A stretch of 64,000 nt of DNA from Eledone cirrhosa (GCA_964016885.1 OZ024743.1:216318001-216382000), one strand, 5' to 3'. Positions 13,350-29,408 are shown, counted from the stretch's first letter. Numbers and translations: made by a program. The notes: generated by a model from the sequence alone, not told the origin.

Positions 13350-14320
13350 ATAAATAAATTTGGCGTACCATAAATATCGATCAACGTTTATGTAAGAAGT
13401 TGGTTTGGTAGTGAGTTCAAGAACGTATCTCTAGAATTTCATCTAATAAAAATATTTTCGACGAAAAAGCGCAGTATTACAATGAAGCGTGAGCTAGAGC
13501 AGGATATAGTGATAAAATTAAGTACATCGATAATAATAGGCAAACTAACCAAAATAACAACAATTTTAATTACGGTAACAACTATAATAGAAAACATTAC
13601 AATAATTCCAAAAGCCAGAAAAGAAATAGAACTTGAAATATAATATGGTTTGCCCCCCCCCCCCCCTTTCTCAATAAATATTAAAACCCACATTGCTAAA
13701 CTATTTTTTAATGCTCTTGACAAACGCTTCCCTAGAACACATAAATATCACTCAAATTTTAATAGACATACTATAAAATTAACTTACTCGTCCACCAAAA
13801 ATTTAGCACAAAATATTAACAGAATAAATAATAGGAATCTAAAACCTAGCCAAAATACCGATAATAGCCTAAACAATATTCAATTAAACAACTGTAACTG
13901 TAGAAATAAATCTAAATGTCCGTTAAATAACAATTGCTTAGTTAAATATATATATACAATTGTAATGTTAAAACTAACTTAAATTCTTTTAACTATGTTG
14001 GTTCCACCTCGACAGAATTTAAACTTCACTATAATAATCATAAGAATTCTTTCACAGATCCAAACAAAAAATCTTCAACTTCACTATCAGGCTTACTCTG
14101 GCAACTTAAACATGATAACGTTGGATATTCGATGTTTTGGAATATAGTCTCAAGGGGGATTCCTTTTAATTCCTCATCTGAGACATGTGACCTCTGCGTG
14201 GAGGAGATATTCTTTATATTAAAATCTAAAAATTCCCCTAATTTAAGGAGCAATTTATTGAGTTGCTGCAGACATAGATTGAACTCAACGTTTAAATATA
14301 AATATAAATTTAAAATGTAG
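13350..14320 (+). pseudogene. PLE thumb, linker and GIY-YIG fragment (frameshifted)
   Basis: RISRISSNKNIFDEKAQYYNEA; PPFSINIKT; CNCRNKSKCPLNNNC; CDLCVEE; CCRH. Confidence 0.85.
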
Positions 14321-15299
14321 TATATTTAGTTAAGATATTTAATTGATTATGAAACCTGACGATAAATCTTTCGATTCCTTCAAATTTTATTTTAAAGCTT
14401 CTTCATAAATATATACTAATGATGTAATTAAACTACCCTAAAATGTTGATGCTCCCAATCTATTGAATACATTTTACGCTAGATAAACTTCTATACTAAA
14501 TATAAGAGCATCTGTAGAACAACAGGGTCTCCTAAATCTTTTAAATGATTTCTGCTAAATAGGTTTTGTTGAATAAATTTTGGTTTTTGTTTGCTTTTTG
14601 ATTCTGATTGCTTCTAATGAACTTGGCAATCTATTGTCAGATAAATTGGAAGGGTAGATTTCTGTGGTTGATATGGGGGGCATACTATGTTTGTTACGGC
14701 CCTAGATACTCTAGGGAGTGATGAAACTATTCTTAACGTTTTGATATCTCTGTGCCGATATATTAATATCTATTGTCTCTGTGCAAAGGCCATATGTATT
14801 GATATGAATATGGAATGATTACAGAGTATATTCTATTTTATCTGTTTATTTTATCTGTCCATGTACATATATGTGCGCACGCATATATATATATGTATGT
14901 GTGGCTATAGTTCTGGATATGTTACAGATATGCATAATATTCTATACATGAACGATAATCATGTATGTGAGGGCAGGAATATTAATATTAATATATATTT
15001 TTATGTATATATATATGTATGTATATATATATATAGTAAAATCTGTTATAACACAAGGGAACATTTTTTCCTGTGAAATAAGAAATTACAGAGTTGATCA
15101 CGTAAGATCAAGGGTACGTCTATAGTGTCAACTAGAACTTGAGATGACCTTCTCTCTTTCTCTTTCTTTCCTTTTCCGGAAAGTACATATATACTTATGT
15201 ATTTCCGTATTTTTTGAAGTTTTATCTCAGTTTGTGGTACATCGACCTAACAATTTTTAAACTAAACATATGGAGTGTCAATCCAGTTACAGATCAGCC

Positions 15300-15960
15300 T
15301 ATTCAAGGGAGTACCAAAGGGGCACAAAGAATTGTTCTTTGTGTACCACAGAAAAGTATAGGATTTTGCTAAACTTGAGAGCCACTTCCGCTTGCCTTAA
15401 CTCAAAGACTGAGATCTTCAGATGCTGTCCTCATCTGAAATCGCATCTGATCTGTAACTGGATTGACACTCCTATGATAAATCAACCGCCTTGAACTCCT
15501 TCCTTGCTCTTTACTTCTGCTACGGTTTTTATTTTGCTGATTCTACGTTCCGTACACTTGTATATTTACTTATTTTTTTCTCCCTTACCTCCCCTTATAT
15601 TTCACCTTTTCTTATGCCCCCCCCCCCATATATTCTTTTTGCCTTGCCCATCGCATACCTATGTGTATGTGTATGTATATTTGTGTGTATATATATATAT
15701 GTATATATGTATGTATATATATATATGTATGTGTGTGTATGTGTATGTGTATATATATGTATATATGTGTGTGTGTATATGTATGTATATGTGGATAGAC
15801 CAGGTTTTTTTCATTCTGAAGATTGAAGGAAACATTTTTTGCTTTTAAGAAACCACTGGTGAATGGAATAATTGCCTTATGTTGCTTTATTACTTTACTA
15901 CTATATATATGTATATGTAAGGTTCATATGAATTATCTAAGACTGAGTTTTACACATACA
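15300..15960 (+). mobile_element. Inverted copy of family A 3' end and pLTR
   Basis: Near-identical reverse complement of ~9620-10275; includes G17 HHR at 15812-15865. Confidence 0.9.
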
Positions 15961-15989
15961 CACATGTATGTGTGTGTGTATGTGTATGC

Positions 15990-16055
<66 letters not shown>

Positions 16056-16202
16056 GTTAAAATACTGGAGCGTGTTGGAGTTAAACACCCTCTTCGTATT
16101 ATAGAAATGACAGTAAAAGGTATAGCTCAATGTAGTTAAATAGAGGCGAAGAATTAAGAAAGTAAAACAAAGAAGCCTTCAATACATCAAAAGTCTTTAT
16201 TA

Positions 16203-16240
16203 GCCGACAATGTTTCGTCCTATTAAGGACTCATCAGGGC
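16203..16240 (-). ncRNA. Minimal type I hammerhead ribozyme
   Basis: GCC-CUGAUGA-GUCC UUAAUA GGAC-GAAA-CAUUG-UC^GGC then AAUAAA. Confidence 0.9.
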
Positions 16241-19200
16241 AATTAAAACAACAAGAAGTATTATCGGCCAATACAAGCCGGAAACTCCGAAGAATATGGA
16301 GTGTACATACACTAAAGTATTGCAAGATTATGGGTAAAAATATATAATAAAAATAATAAAAATATATAATAAAAATTACTAAGGAGGTATATAACATTAA
16401 GAACCATATTACAAATATAGTCCAAAGCAAAAAAACCCTAGAGCTAAACAAAGGTGGTTATATAGAGCAGGAATTATATATAATACAATGTAATATAATA
16501 TAATATACCTTTACCAATATTAAAATTACAATAAAAATTAAAAGGTACAATATACATATGTATATATGTACGCACACGTACGCACACATACACATACATC
16601 AATACACATATCCATCTTCAACTGCACAAATTAAACCTTATTAAGAGATTAAATATAAAAATAAGCATGATAGGAATGAAAATAATAATAATAATAATAA
16701 TAATACATATACTCAATATACATGAGGTAATAATATGATATTATTATAAGTAGCACATATAATAAATAATAAACTATACAATTATATACTATATAATATA
16801 ATAGAATAGAATAGATAATCTCCGGTTAATTTACACAAACAATACAGATATCGCAATAATACTATAATAATAATATACTAACATTTATAATATACAATAT
16901 ATAATGGCATTCAAGTTAACAAATCAATTCATATAGAGTTACAGAGTAGGTGAGGAAAAATAAATTGTACAATACCCAAAAATTATGATGGTACAAAAAA
17001 ATATAAACATCCTACATGATATATAAAGTTTAACATATAAGTGTTACATATAATTAACGGTAAGTAATAAGGATCGATATTACAATAACAAATACAATAT
17101 AATGTAATATATTATATGAAATAATTAACATAATATAATATATAATTACTAGACATGTATGTGGATGAGTGAGTAAGGGCCAGACAGTAAATATAATGCA
17201 CAGTAATATTACAAATAAAATATAAAATATAAAATATAGAATAAAATAAATAAATAGAATCAACCGGAAATTTAAAAAAAAAAAAAAGTATACATTTAGG
17301 TCTCACATGCATTTATGTAAAAACTAAGGAAATAACCCCGGTAAATGACTCGAAAACCCTATTTGATAAATTAATATTAAAAATATTTAAAATATCCCAT
17401 AAGGCAGTATAATATTAGCTATAGTTTAAGTAATTAAAGTTTATAAACGTTAATATTTAGTTACAAATGTTTACAAAAAGGAATGAAATTTTTTACTATC
17501 ATATACATAACGATATCTAAAAAACTGACTTAAGCAGAATTATGGTAGGCTAATAGGGACAGAAATGAAGAAATATATGTAGGATACAAAGGGGCATAAA
17601 ATCATAGTCAATATACAATATTAAATAATAGAAAGGAGCGTAAAAGAGGGGGGGATTAAATATAATCATAGTCTATTTGGAGGGGTTGACAATAAGTTTA
17701 CGTGCGCATGGGGGGGGGGGGTTATTCAAAGAAGAATCCGAATAAAAATAAAAATGAAATAAAATAAAATAAAATAAAATGAAATAAAATAAAATAATGT
17801 AAAATATATAATCAGATATATATTCATAAGGTGTTAATAGTGAAAATTTAATGCGTAAGAAGATAGATATGGTATAGTAGCCAAAAGATTATGAGAGCTA
17901 GAATAAAGTGTCGTTAAAAACCAATGATAAAAATGATGATAATAATGGTGGTAAACAAAAGAACCTAAACTAAAAAAATAAGTAATGGAATATATCAGCT
18001 AATGTATACAATTTGTACTACTAGAACGTTTAGGTTTATAATAAAAGTATGAATTAGAAATAGCGTGGCGGCAAGAAGAGAATATCTCAGACTTTCTATT
18101 AAGTAAGGATTCGCTAGAGAAAATTCTAGCGAATCCTTACTTAATAGAAAGTCTTTTAATATTAATTTATCAAATAGGGTTTTTGAGTCATTTACCGGGG
18201 TTATTTCCTTAGTTTTTACATAACTGCATGTGAGACCTAAATGTATACTTTTGTTTTTGTTTTTTTAATTTCCGGTTGATTCTATTTATTTATTTTATTC
18301 TATATTTTATATTTTATATTTTATTTGTAATACTACAGTGCATTATATTTACTGCCTGGCCCTTACTCACTCATCCACATACATGTCTGTTTACCAACCT
18401 TGTAATTATAAGTAATTATATATTATATTATGTTAATTATTTTATATAATATATTACATTATATTGTATTTGTTATTGTAATATCGATCCTTATTACTTA
18501 CCGTTAATTATATGTAACATTATGATATGTTAAACTTTATATATCATGTAGGATATTTATATTTTTTTTGTACCATCATAATTTTTGTGTATTGTACAAT
18601 TTATTTTTCCTCACCTACTCTGTAACTCTATATGAATTGATTTGTTAACTTGAATGCCATTATATATTGTATATTATAAATGTTAGTATATTATTATTAT
18701 AGTATTATTGCGACATCTGTATTGTTTGTGTAAATTAACCGGAGATTATCTATTCTATTCTATTATATTATATAGTATATAATTGTATAGTTTATTATTT
18801 ATTATATGTGCTACTTATAATAATATCATATTATTACCTCATGTATATTGGCTATGTGTATTATTATTATTATTATTATTATTTTCATTCCTATCATGCT
18901 TATTTTTATATTTAAACTCTTAATAAGGTTTAATTTGTGCAGTTGAAGATGGATATGTGTATTGATGTATGTGTATGTGTGCGTACGTGTGCGTACATAT
19001 ATACATATGTATATTGTACCTTTTAATTTTTATTGTAATTTTAATATTGGTAAAGGTATATTATATTATATTACATTGTATTATATATAATTCCTGCTCT
19101 ATATAACCACCTTTGTTTAGCTCTAGGGTTTTTTTGCTTTGGACTATATTTGTAATATGGTTCTTAATGTTATACACCTCCTTAGTAATTTTTATTATAT

Positions 19201-19323
19201 ATTTTTATTATTTTTATTATATATTTTTACCCATAATCTTGCAATACTTTAGTGTATGTACACTCCATATTCTTCGGAGTTTCCAGCTTGTATTGGCCGA
19301 TAATACTTCTTGTTGTTTTAATT

Positions 19324-19361
19324 GCTCTGATGAGTCCCCAATAGGACGAAACATTGTCGGC
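19324..19361 (+). ncRNA. Minimal type I hammerhead ribozyme
   Basis: GCU-CUGAUGA-GUCC CCAAUA GGAC-GAAA-CAUUG-UC^GGC then AAUAAA. Confidence 0.9.
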
Positions 19362-20065
19362 TAATAAAGACTTTTGATGTATTGAAGGCTTCTTTGTTTT
19401 ACTTTCTTAATATATATATATATATGCGTGTGTATATATATATGTATGAGTGTGTGTGTGTGTGTTTGTATTTGGTTGTGCGTGTTTATGATATGTACGT
19501 ATTTGTATGTGTATAATTGTGTAGCTATGTATGTATATGTAAGTGTATGTATACATATATGTGTGTGTGTGTGTGTGTTTATATGTATGTATATATATAT
19601 ATGTATATATGTGTGTGTGTATATAATTACATATACATATGTGTGTGTATTACTTACCACGCGTGTATGTCCAGTTAGCTGCCTTATGTAACGGTGTCAA
19701 AAATGTTTAATATATATATATTTTTTTTCTTATATTTATTTGCGTGTGTGAATATGTAGAGGAGTGCATTTATGTATGAGTATGTATGTGCGTGTGTATG
19801 TATGTATGATTGTGTGAATGTATGTTGTATGTACGTGTGTATGTATGTATGTTTATATGTGTGTGTGTATGGCTATGTTTGTGTATGTGTATGCTTGTAC
19901 ACACATATATATATGTATATGTATATGTGTATATATATATATGTATATATATATATGTGTGTATATGTGTGTGTGTGTGTATGTATGTATGAGTGTATGT
20001 ATGTGTATATGTGTATGTATGTGTATGTGTATATATGTGTATGTATGTATATATGTGTATATGTA

Positions 20066-20134
<69 letters not shown>

Positions 20135-20144
<10 letters not shown>

Positions 20145-20450
20145 ATGTATGCTTTTGTGTTTTTTTTGTGTGCGTTTGAATGTGTAGTTTTATTTTATTT
20201 TTCCTTTCCTTCTTCCTTCTCCAGCCTCACTTTCATATAGATTGCATTTTTGTTTTTTAAAATCCAAATTCAATAAACAAACCAGGATTTTTTCATTCTG
20301 AGGATTGAAAGCAAAACCTTTTGCTTTTAAGAAACCACTGGTAAATGGAATAATTGCCTTATGTTGTTTATTACATAATAATAATTAAGCTCTGTTACCT
20401 ACATAGAGCAGTCTTTTTGCCTGGACTTTTCCTACGAAATTACTTCATTT

Positions 20451-20505
<55 letters not shown>

Positions 20506-20653
20506 CACATACATACAAATTAAAAATAATCAAATACCCAGGATATGCAGATATACACATATACATACACACACATGTATATACATAGATACATACACAT
20601 TTATATGTATATATATATGAAAAATTAATATACATACACATATATATATGCAT

Positions 20654-20727
<74 letters not shown>

Positions 20728-21033
20728 ATGTATGCTTTTGTGTTTTTTTTGTGTGCGTTTGAATGTGTAGTTTTATTTTATTTTTCCTTTCCTTCTTCCT
20801 TCTCCAGCCTCACTTTCATATAGATTGCATTTTTGTTTTTTAAAATCCAAATTCAATAAACAAACCAGGATTTTTTCATTCTGAGGATTGAAAGCAAAAC
20901 CTTTTGCTTTTAAGAAACCACTGGTAAATGGAATAATTGCCTTATGTTGTTTATTACATAATAATAATTAAGCTCTGTTACCTACATAGAGCAGTCTTTT
21001 TGCCTGGACTTTTCCTACGAAATTACTTCATTT

Positions 21034-21090
<57 letters not shown>

Positions 21091-21238
21091 CACATACATA
21101 CAAATTAAAAATAATCAAATACCCAGGATATGCAGATATACACATATACATACACACACATGTATATACATAGATACATACACATTTATATGTATATATA
21201 TATGAAAAATTAATATACATACACATATATATATGCAT

Positions 21239-21260
<22 letters not shown>
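20135..21260 (+). repeat. ~583-bp tandem duplication of family A pLTR, one HHR per unit (20294-20347, 20877-20930)
   Basis: Two near-identical units; CAUU-CUGAGGA...GAAA-CCACUGG-UA^AAUG in each. Confidence 0.85.
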
Positions 21261-21335
<75 letters not shown>

Positions 21336-21568
21336 AATATAAATACTCATACATACATTTACACACCCAACCACATAATACACATACAAAAAACCTATAA
21401 TAAAATAGATAGATGAAACTCAAAGGTACATAACCCCCGTACATACGCAAACACGCGCACACACACTCGCAAGCAATAAAAAATCAACACACGCATACAT
21501 ATAAACATATACGTAAATCCAAACACACATATATTAACATATATACAAAAACATATATGCATACACAT

Positions 21569-23080
<1,512 letters not shown>

Positions 23081-23081
23081 C

Positions 23082-23145
<64 letters not shown>

Positions 23146-23473
23146 TCCCAGATATATCTACCACTCAATGGTAGGATCTTATCCGTATGAAGAACTCAAT
23201 GTAGTCCGTATGTAGAAGATGTGAAGCAAAGTTTAAAATACAAAAGTTTTATCAACGATATAATTCAATTTGTTACAGAGTCAAAATAGAAATATTAAAA
23301 CAATGAAACTAAACACAAAACTGTTAATTCATAGTAAAACTCATTATTTTACGATCGTTTATGGGGGTTAGTTCCCTGTATGTCCATTCAATTATTGATC
23401 TATGTTAAACATATTACAAAATATCATAGTAAGAAAAAGATACTACGTCTTCACTACCCGCCGTCTTCAGAAA

Positions 23474-23664
23474 TAATTGTTTCTACTTTTGACACAAGGC
23501 CAGCAATTAACCAGTACATTACCGGTAATTTATTTTATCGACCCCATAAGAATGAAAGGCAAAGTTGATCTCGGTGGGATTAGGACGCAGAATGGAAAGG
23601 GCCGTAACTCTATGCGTCAAAGCATGGTGTCTGACCCTCCACCGATACTGCCAATCCACCGCCG
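23474..23664 (-). mobile_element. tRNA-derived SINE with TSD
   Basis: Core ctttgcctttcat(c/t)ctta(c/t)ggggtcgataaaataaa shared with 5 other copies; duplicated ccgccgtYttcagaaataat. Confidence 0.85.
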
Positions 23665-23698
23665 TTTTCAGAAATAATGAGTTTTGTTTTTGAAAAAC

Positions 23699-23847
23699 AA
23701 AACTCATTATTTCTGAAGACGGCGGGTAGTGAAGACGTATGTATTTTATTTCTTACTATGATATTTTTAATATCTTTTATATAGATCAATAATTGAATGA
23801 ACATACAGGGAACTACCCCCAGAAACGATCGTAAAATAATGGGTTTT
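23699..23847 (+). ncRNA. Hammerhead motif with ~100-nt stem II
   Basis: AAAACUCAUUAUUU-CUGAAGA-CGGCGGGUAGU...ACUACCCCCA-GAAA-CGAUCG-UA^AAAUAAUGGGUUUU. Confidence 0.7.
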
Positions 23848-23939
23848 ACTATTAATTAACAGTTTTGTGTTTAATTTCATTGTTTTAATATTTCTATATA
23901 CAAACATATACACATGTATACATAAATATACACGCACAC

Positions 23940-23972
<33 letters not shown>

Positions 23973-24359
23973 AACAAATGCATGTACAAATACCCGTACG
24001 TGTGTATGTGTGTGTGTATAAACATATAGGCAGAAAAACTATAAATGCACACACTCTCGCGGGTGGGAGTATAAAAAGGGGGATACCAAAAAATGAAAAA
24101 ATGAAAAAATGAAAAATTGAAAAAATGAAAAAAATGAAAAAATGAAAAAATAATATTATACTCCAGACGACTTGTCGAGTGCTTCCAATCAGATATAAAA
24201 TTATATTTTTGTTGAATGACCGACAAAATAAATACCCCTATGCTTATATCTACGCATACACATACACATACATATATATATACATACACACATATATATT
24301 CACACACTTATATAAATACATACACATACAAAAGATATACACGCATAAAGAACACACAT

Positions 24360-24448
<89 letters not shown>

Positions 24449-24899
24449 TGAACAAATATATATATAATGAGACATGTATGCACACATAAGCCTGTCTGCA
24501 TATGCGCCCACATACAACCGTATGTGAGTACACTTAAAAACATAGTGGGTAAGTAAGGACACGGGGGAGTAAACTGAGGTCAAATAATATAAACATTATA
24601 TATGAACATGTAAGGGAGAAAAAGGGTGTAAACGTTGTAGTAGAGAGTGAGTGTTTAGGATGAGATCTGGATAAGGGTATTTAGTTAAAAAGTGATCTGG
24701 ATAAAGGATGAAGGTGGTGGGTGTGTATGTGTTAAAGATATGGTAGAAAATAGGGGGGGGGGGTTATAAGTCAAATGAAAAAATAAAAAAATATATAGAA
24801 AAAGATGAGGGAGAAAAAGTACATATTGGTAGAAAGTATGTGTTCATAAGGTGATGATAATGGTAGTGAATGGAAGGCGGAATAAGTAAAGAAGAAGCT

Positions 24900-26215
24900 C
24901 AAGGTGGTTGAGTAATCGTGGTGTGTTAATCCAGTTAAAAAGTAGATGCGATTTCAGGTGCGGACAACATCTAAAGATCTCAGTCTGAGAGTTGAGACAA
25001 GTAGGAGTGGTTTTCAAGCTTTGGAGAATTCTGAATTTTTCCGTAGTACACAAAGAACATCTCTTTGTGCCCCTTTGGTATTCTCTTGAATGGTCTAAAA
25101 TAGACCAATCAATAGTGTACGGAATATTTTTGTCTTTAAACTCCCACACTTCATTTGCTAGCGCCATTGCTGTTCTTTTTTGAGGGTCTTTGAACGCAGC
25201 GACATGTGAATAGTACTTGGTTTTAAAACTGTCCTGGGTCATGCCAACATATCATTCACGCTGGCTGGTTATTAATCATCAGTGTCAATTTGGCCTCATA
25301 CACAATAGATTTGGTATTACATTTACCCTGTAATGGGCATTCTTCCGGCTTCCTGCAACAGCATCCTGGATTAACTCTAGTACCATAGGAGTTGGTAAAT
25401 TTAGTTTCCATTTATGGACAGCAAGAGTAGCTGATTTTAACTACATTTATATTGAATATCTTATTATATCTATGATTAGGGTTAAATGTTTGTCCAGAAG
25501 ATCTAGGAATGTTCTTCCTACGTTAGTTTAACAGTTAGAGAGAAGGGGGATGTAAACCAAATAATTTTTATTTTCCAGTTATTGTGTTTAGTGTTAGAAA
25601 GAGGAGTAGGTAAACATTTAATTTGTTCGGTGAAGCCGCTGTTATTGAGGGCCTTATTATAATTTTGTTTAAAATGCCTATAGACGAAGATGAGGTAGAA
25701 ATCCTACGGCTAATATTATGAATAAGATTTTTAAAGACTATAGGGGGATGGCAAGAATCTTAGTGTATATATTTTAAATATTCATTAGGTTTATAATAAG
25801 GTTTGAAAGAGGCAGTAAGAAGGTCAAGATTGATATCAAGAAAGTTAGTAACATTAGTATCTATAGTAATTTTTAGGTTTAGGTTATCAAAAGTATTGAT
25901 TAAGTCTTTACGGAATTTATCAAGGTTATCCCCGTTGGTGGTATGAGAAACTGCCAAACCGTCGTCTCGGTATAAACCGATATTATGGCAAGGAAATTTC
26001 TAATTAAGAGTGTGGAGGAGGAAAAATCCTACTAAGTCGCACACATCGACGCTATCATATGAGCCCATCGCAACATCAACAGAGTTTTCAGGGCTTGAGT
26101 TTTTAACTCAAGTAGCTTCATTAGCAAAGAGTAGTGTTTTACTAGCATGAAAGATAACGCCTTCTTCTAATTTAGAAATATTAATGAAAAGTCTACCAAA
26201 ATCTAAGGCTTTAGT
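24900..26215 (-). pseudogene. PLE (A-related subfamily) RT C-terminal half plus GIY-YIG, disrupted
   Basis: GLYRDD (minus strand ~25960-25980), AVSHTTNGDNLDKFRKDL, MTQDSFKTKYYSH...CSLCTTEK...FRCCPH. Confidence 0.9.
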
Positions 26216-27377
26216 TATGGTATACACCCACCTGCGAGAGTGTGTGCATTTATAGTTTGTCTGCCTATATGTTTATGCACACACACACATACGTGTATGT
26301 ATGCATGCATTTGTTTGTGTGAATATATATAGGTATGTGTGTGTGTGTGTGTGTATTTATGTATACATGTGTGTATGTATGTACATATATAGATTAGAGA
26401 AAAAATCACGAGCACTCTATCTCAAAATTATTTTTGAAAAGCATAAGAAATGCGCAACCGGTAAAAACTTAAAACTAAAACTGAATACTAACTAATACTT
26501 ATTACTAATTTATACTTATTCCTAATTAAACTATTTTTCACTGGGAAAAATTGTCAGCATTTTCTTTTCCTTTTTACTAATATATCACAACTCATGTGTC
26601 ACACCTCTAATTTTTTTAAAATATATATATGTATATATGTATATATATATATATGTTTGTGTCTGAGTATGTATATACGTTTTTGTATATATGCGTATAT
26701 ATGTGTGTATGGATTTACGTATATGTTTATATGTATGCGTGTGTTGATTTTTTTTTGCATGCGTGTGTGCGCACGGGCGTGTGCGTATTTACGTGGGTTA
26801 AGTACCTTTGAGTTTCATCTATCTATTTTATTGTAGGCTTTTTTGTATGCGTAAGTATGTGGATGTGTGTGTAGATGTATGTATGTATGTGTATATATAT
26901 GTGTATATGTATATATATATATATATATATTTCCACTGCTTGTGCTTCGATGCATCTATGCTTTGCTTTGTCTTATACTTCTTTGGGGTCTCCGGGCTTT
27001 TTGTTCGTTTATTGTTTTGTATTTTTATATTCATCTCTTTTATTATCCCTGTATTTTTGCACTTTTCAATTATTTTCAAGTATTTTTTTTATTATTTTCT
27101 TATTGTTTCTGATCATGCTGAGAAATACCCTCACTCTTCCCTTGCTACCCTCTCCCAACCTCTTTATCATCTATTGCACCATTTAAGTGATACATTTTTG
27201 GTGTAATTTTTAATTTTTAATTTTTAAATTTTGAAGACATTTTATGACATTGTGTGCATCATGTATTCTGCCTTTTTCCATATAGCGCTGGCCTCGGGAA
27301 CCCCTGCTGGTCCTTTAAACTTGTCCTGTGACGCAGCTCGATGGAGCATGCAACTACTGGTATACTCATGTTTATAG

Positions 27378-27422
27378 GCTCTGATGATTCCTGCCATGGT
27401 GTATGGATGAAACACTGTTAGC
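27378..27422 (+). ncRNA. Type I hammerhead motif in solo pLTR
   Basis: GCU-CUGAUGA-UUCC UGCCAUGGUGUAU GGAU-GAAA-CACUG-UU^AGC then AAUAAA. Confidence 0.75.
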
Positions 27423-27704
27423 TAATAAAACAATGTATTTCTAAGTACTCTTTCGTTATTCCTATAACTATAACGGCTCTGTGGTATACTAGTTATCCTA
27501 CATTGATCTAAAACCGCACTGTCATACCAAGCGCAATATATATGCTTGTTTGGACATATTAATATATTGTTCAATGAAATATATATATATATGTATGCAT
27601 ATATATATATATATGTATGTATATTAATTTTTTATATATATACATATACATGTGTGTGTGTTTGTATGTTTGTATGTTTATATATACATATATATGTGTA
27701 TGTA

Positions 27705-27738
<34 letters not shown>

Positions 27739-27901
27739 TATGTATATGTGTATATATATGCATATCGTGGATATTTGTTTATTATTATAAGTTGTTTTTA
27801 TCTCCCCCTCCCCCAAAACACACACAAACCTTTCTTTGTCAACACGTCCCCTTTTTGTCTTTATTTTGATTTTGATTTTCTTGTTTACATATATATATAT
27901 A

Positions 27902-28267
<366 letters not shown>

Positions 28268-28276
28268 GTATATATA

Positions 28277-28462
28277 TAATTGTTTCTACTTTAGGCACAA
28301 GGCCAGCATCACCCAGAGTGCATTACTGGTACTTTATTTTATCGACCCCGTAAGGATGAAAGGCAAAGTCAACCTCGGCAGGATTTGAACTCTGATCGTA
28401 AAGCGACGTAACTATGCTGGAAAGCATGGCGTCCGACCCTCCACCGATACTGCCAATCCACC
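28277..28462 (-). mobile_element. tRNA-derived SINE
   Basis: B-box gttcaaatcc on minus strand; shared core. Confidence 0.85.
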
Positions 28463-28581
28463 ATATGTATATATATAATGCGATGAAATACCAATGATGG
28501 TTTTAAAATCACTGACGAAGGACTATTTTTCTCATATGTAACTCATGTGCAAACCACGCAGTATTCTACTTTCTTCTCATG

Positions 28582-28632
<51 letters not shown>

Positions 28633-28689
28633 GGTATGTATATATATATATATATTTATAAATATATGTAAGTATGTATACGTACATAC

Positions 28690-29092
28690 ATATATGTATG
28701 CAGGCGTACAGTAGTATATACGTATACATACATGCACATATATATATATGTACGCATGGGTTTACCGGACATTTATTATAATGTTCTGTTTCTTTGTAAA
28801 CAAACAGCCCGAATTACGCCGTAGAGTGTTCGGTAACCATCGTCGCCTTTTTGTTCAACACTGACACAGGAACGATGTACTAATTTGAAGCTGATTAGCT
28901 CTCGTCAGCATCGTATAACTTCCTGTCAGATGATTGAACGTACATATATATATATATGTGTGCATGTATGTATATATATACATACTACTGTACGTCTGTA
29001 CACATATATGTATTTACGTATACATACTTACATTTAATTATCAGCCGTACTAAGAGTGAGAAATGAAATTTCGCTTCATTCTTTTCCATTTA
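28690..29092. mobile_element. Diverged, internally inverted relative of the 468-bp monomer
   Basis: 28780-28940 is the reverse complement of 21830-22000 with a decayed HHR (CUGACGA...CAAA); 28960-29092 matches the monomer 3' tip. Confidence 0.7.
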
Positions 29093-29121
29093 TATATATA
29101 TATATATATACTTATATATAG

Positions 29122-29217
<96 letters not shown>

Positions 29218-29219
<2 letters not shown>

Positions 29220-29405
29220 CGGAGGAAGTGTGGTAAGGAACCAGGTCAACCATAACGCACCAAAGTACTCAATACCTAGGGTAGTAGAGTGGGTAATAGG
29301 AACGAGTAGGACCCCGACGGCTGAGCTCAAGCCGTTCGACGGCTAATTCTGGACTCAATTAGCCGTCGAAACGGCTTGAGCTCAGCCGTCGGGGTCCTAC
29401 TCGTT

Positions 29406-29408
<3 letters not shown>
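29218..29408. mobile_element. Mini fold-back of family F/G pLTR tips in (TA)n
   Basis: Same ends as the other two mini fold-backs; third distinct junction. Confidence 0.8.

Larger units (their letters stand above)
16052..19410. mobile_element. Non-coding PLE-type fold-back element with an HHR in each arm
   Basis: ~16153-17383 is the reverse complement of ~18154-19410; 29-bp perfect hairpin at 18090-18153; (TA)n on both sides. Confidence 0.85.
23146..23896. mobile_element. Fold-back pLTR element with extended HHR; left arm interrupted by a SINE
   Basis: 23287-23477 is the reverse complement of ~23706-23896; hairpin turn at 23667-23717. Confidence 0.8.

Noticed and set aside
17384-18089. Segment missing from the right arm as a spliced intron
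   Set aside because: Its boundaries on the sense (minus) strand do not fit GT-AG.
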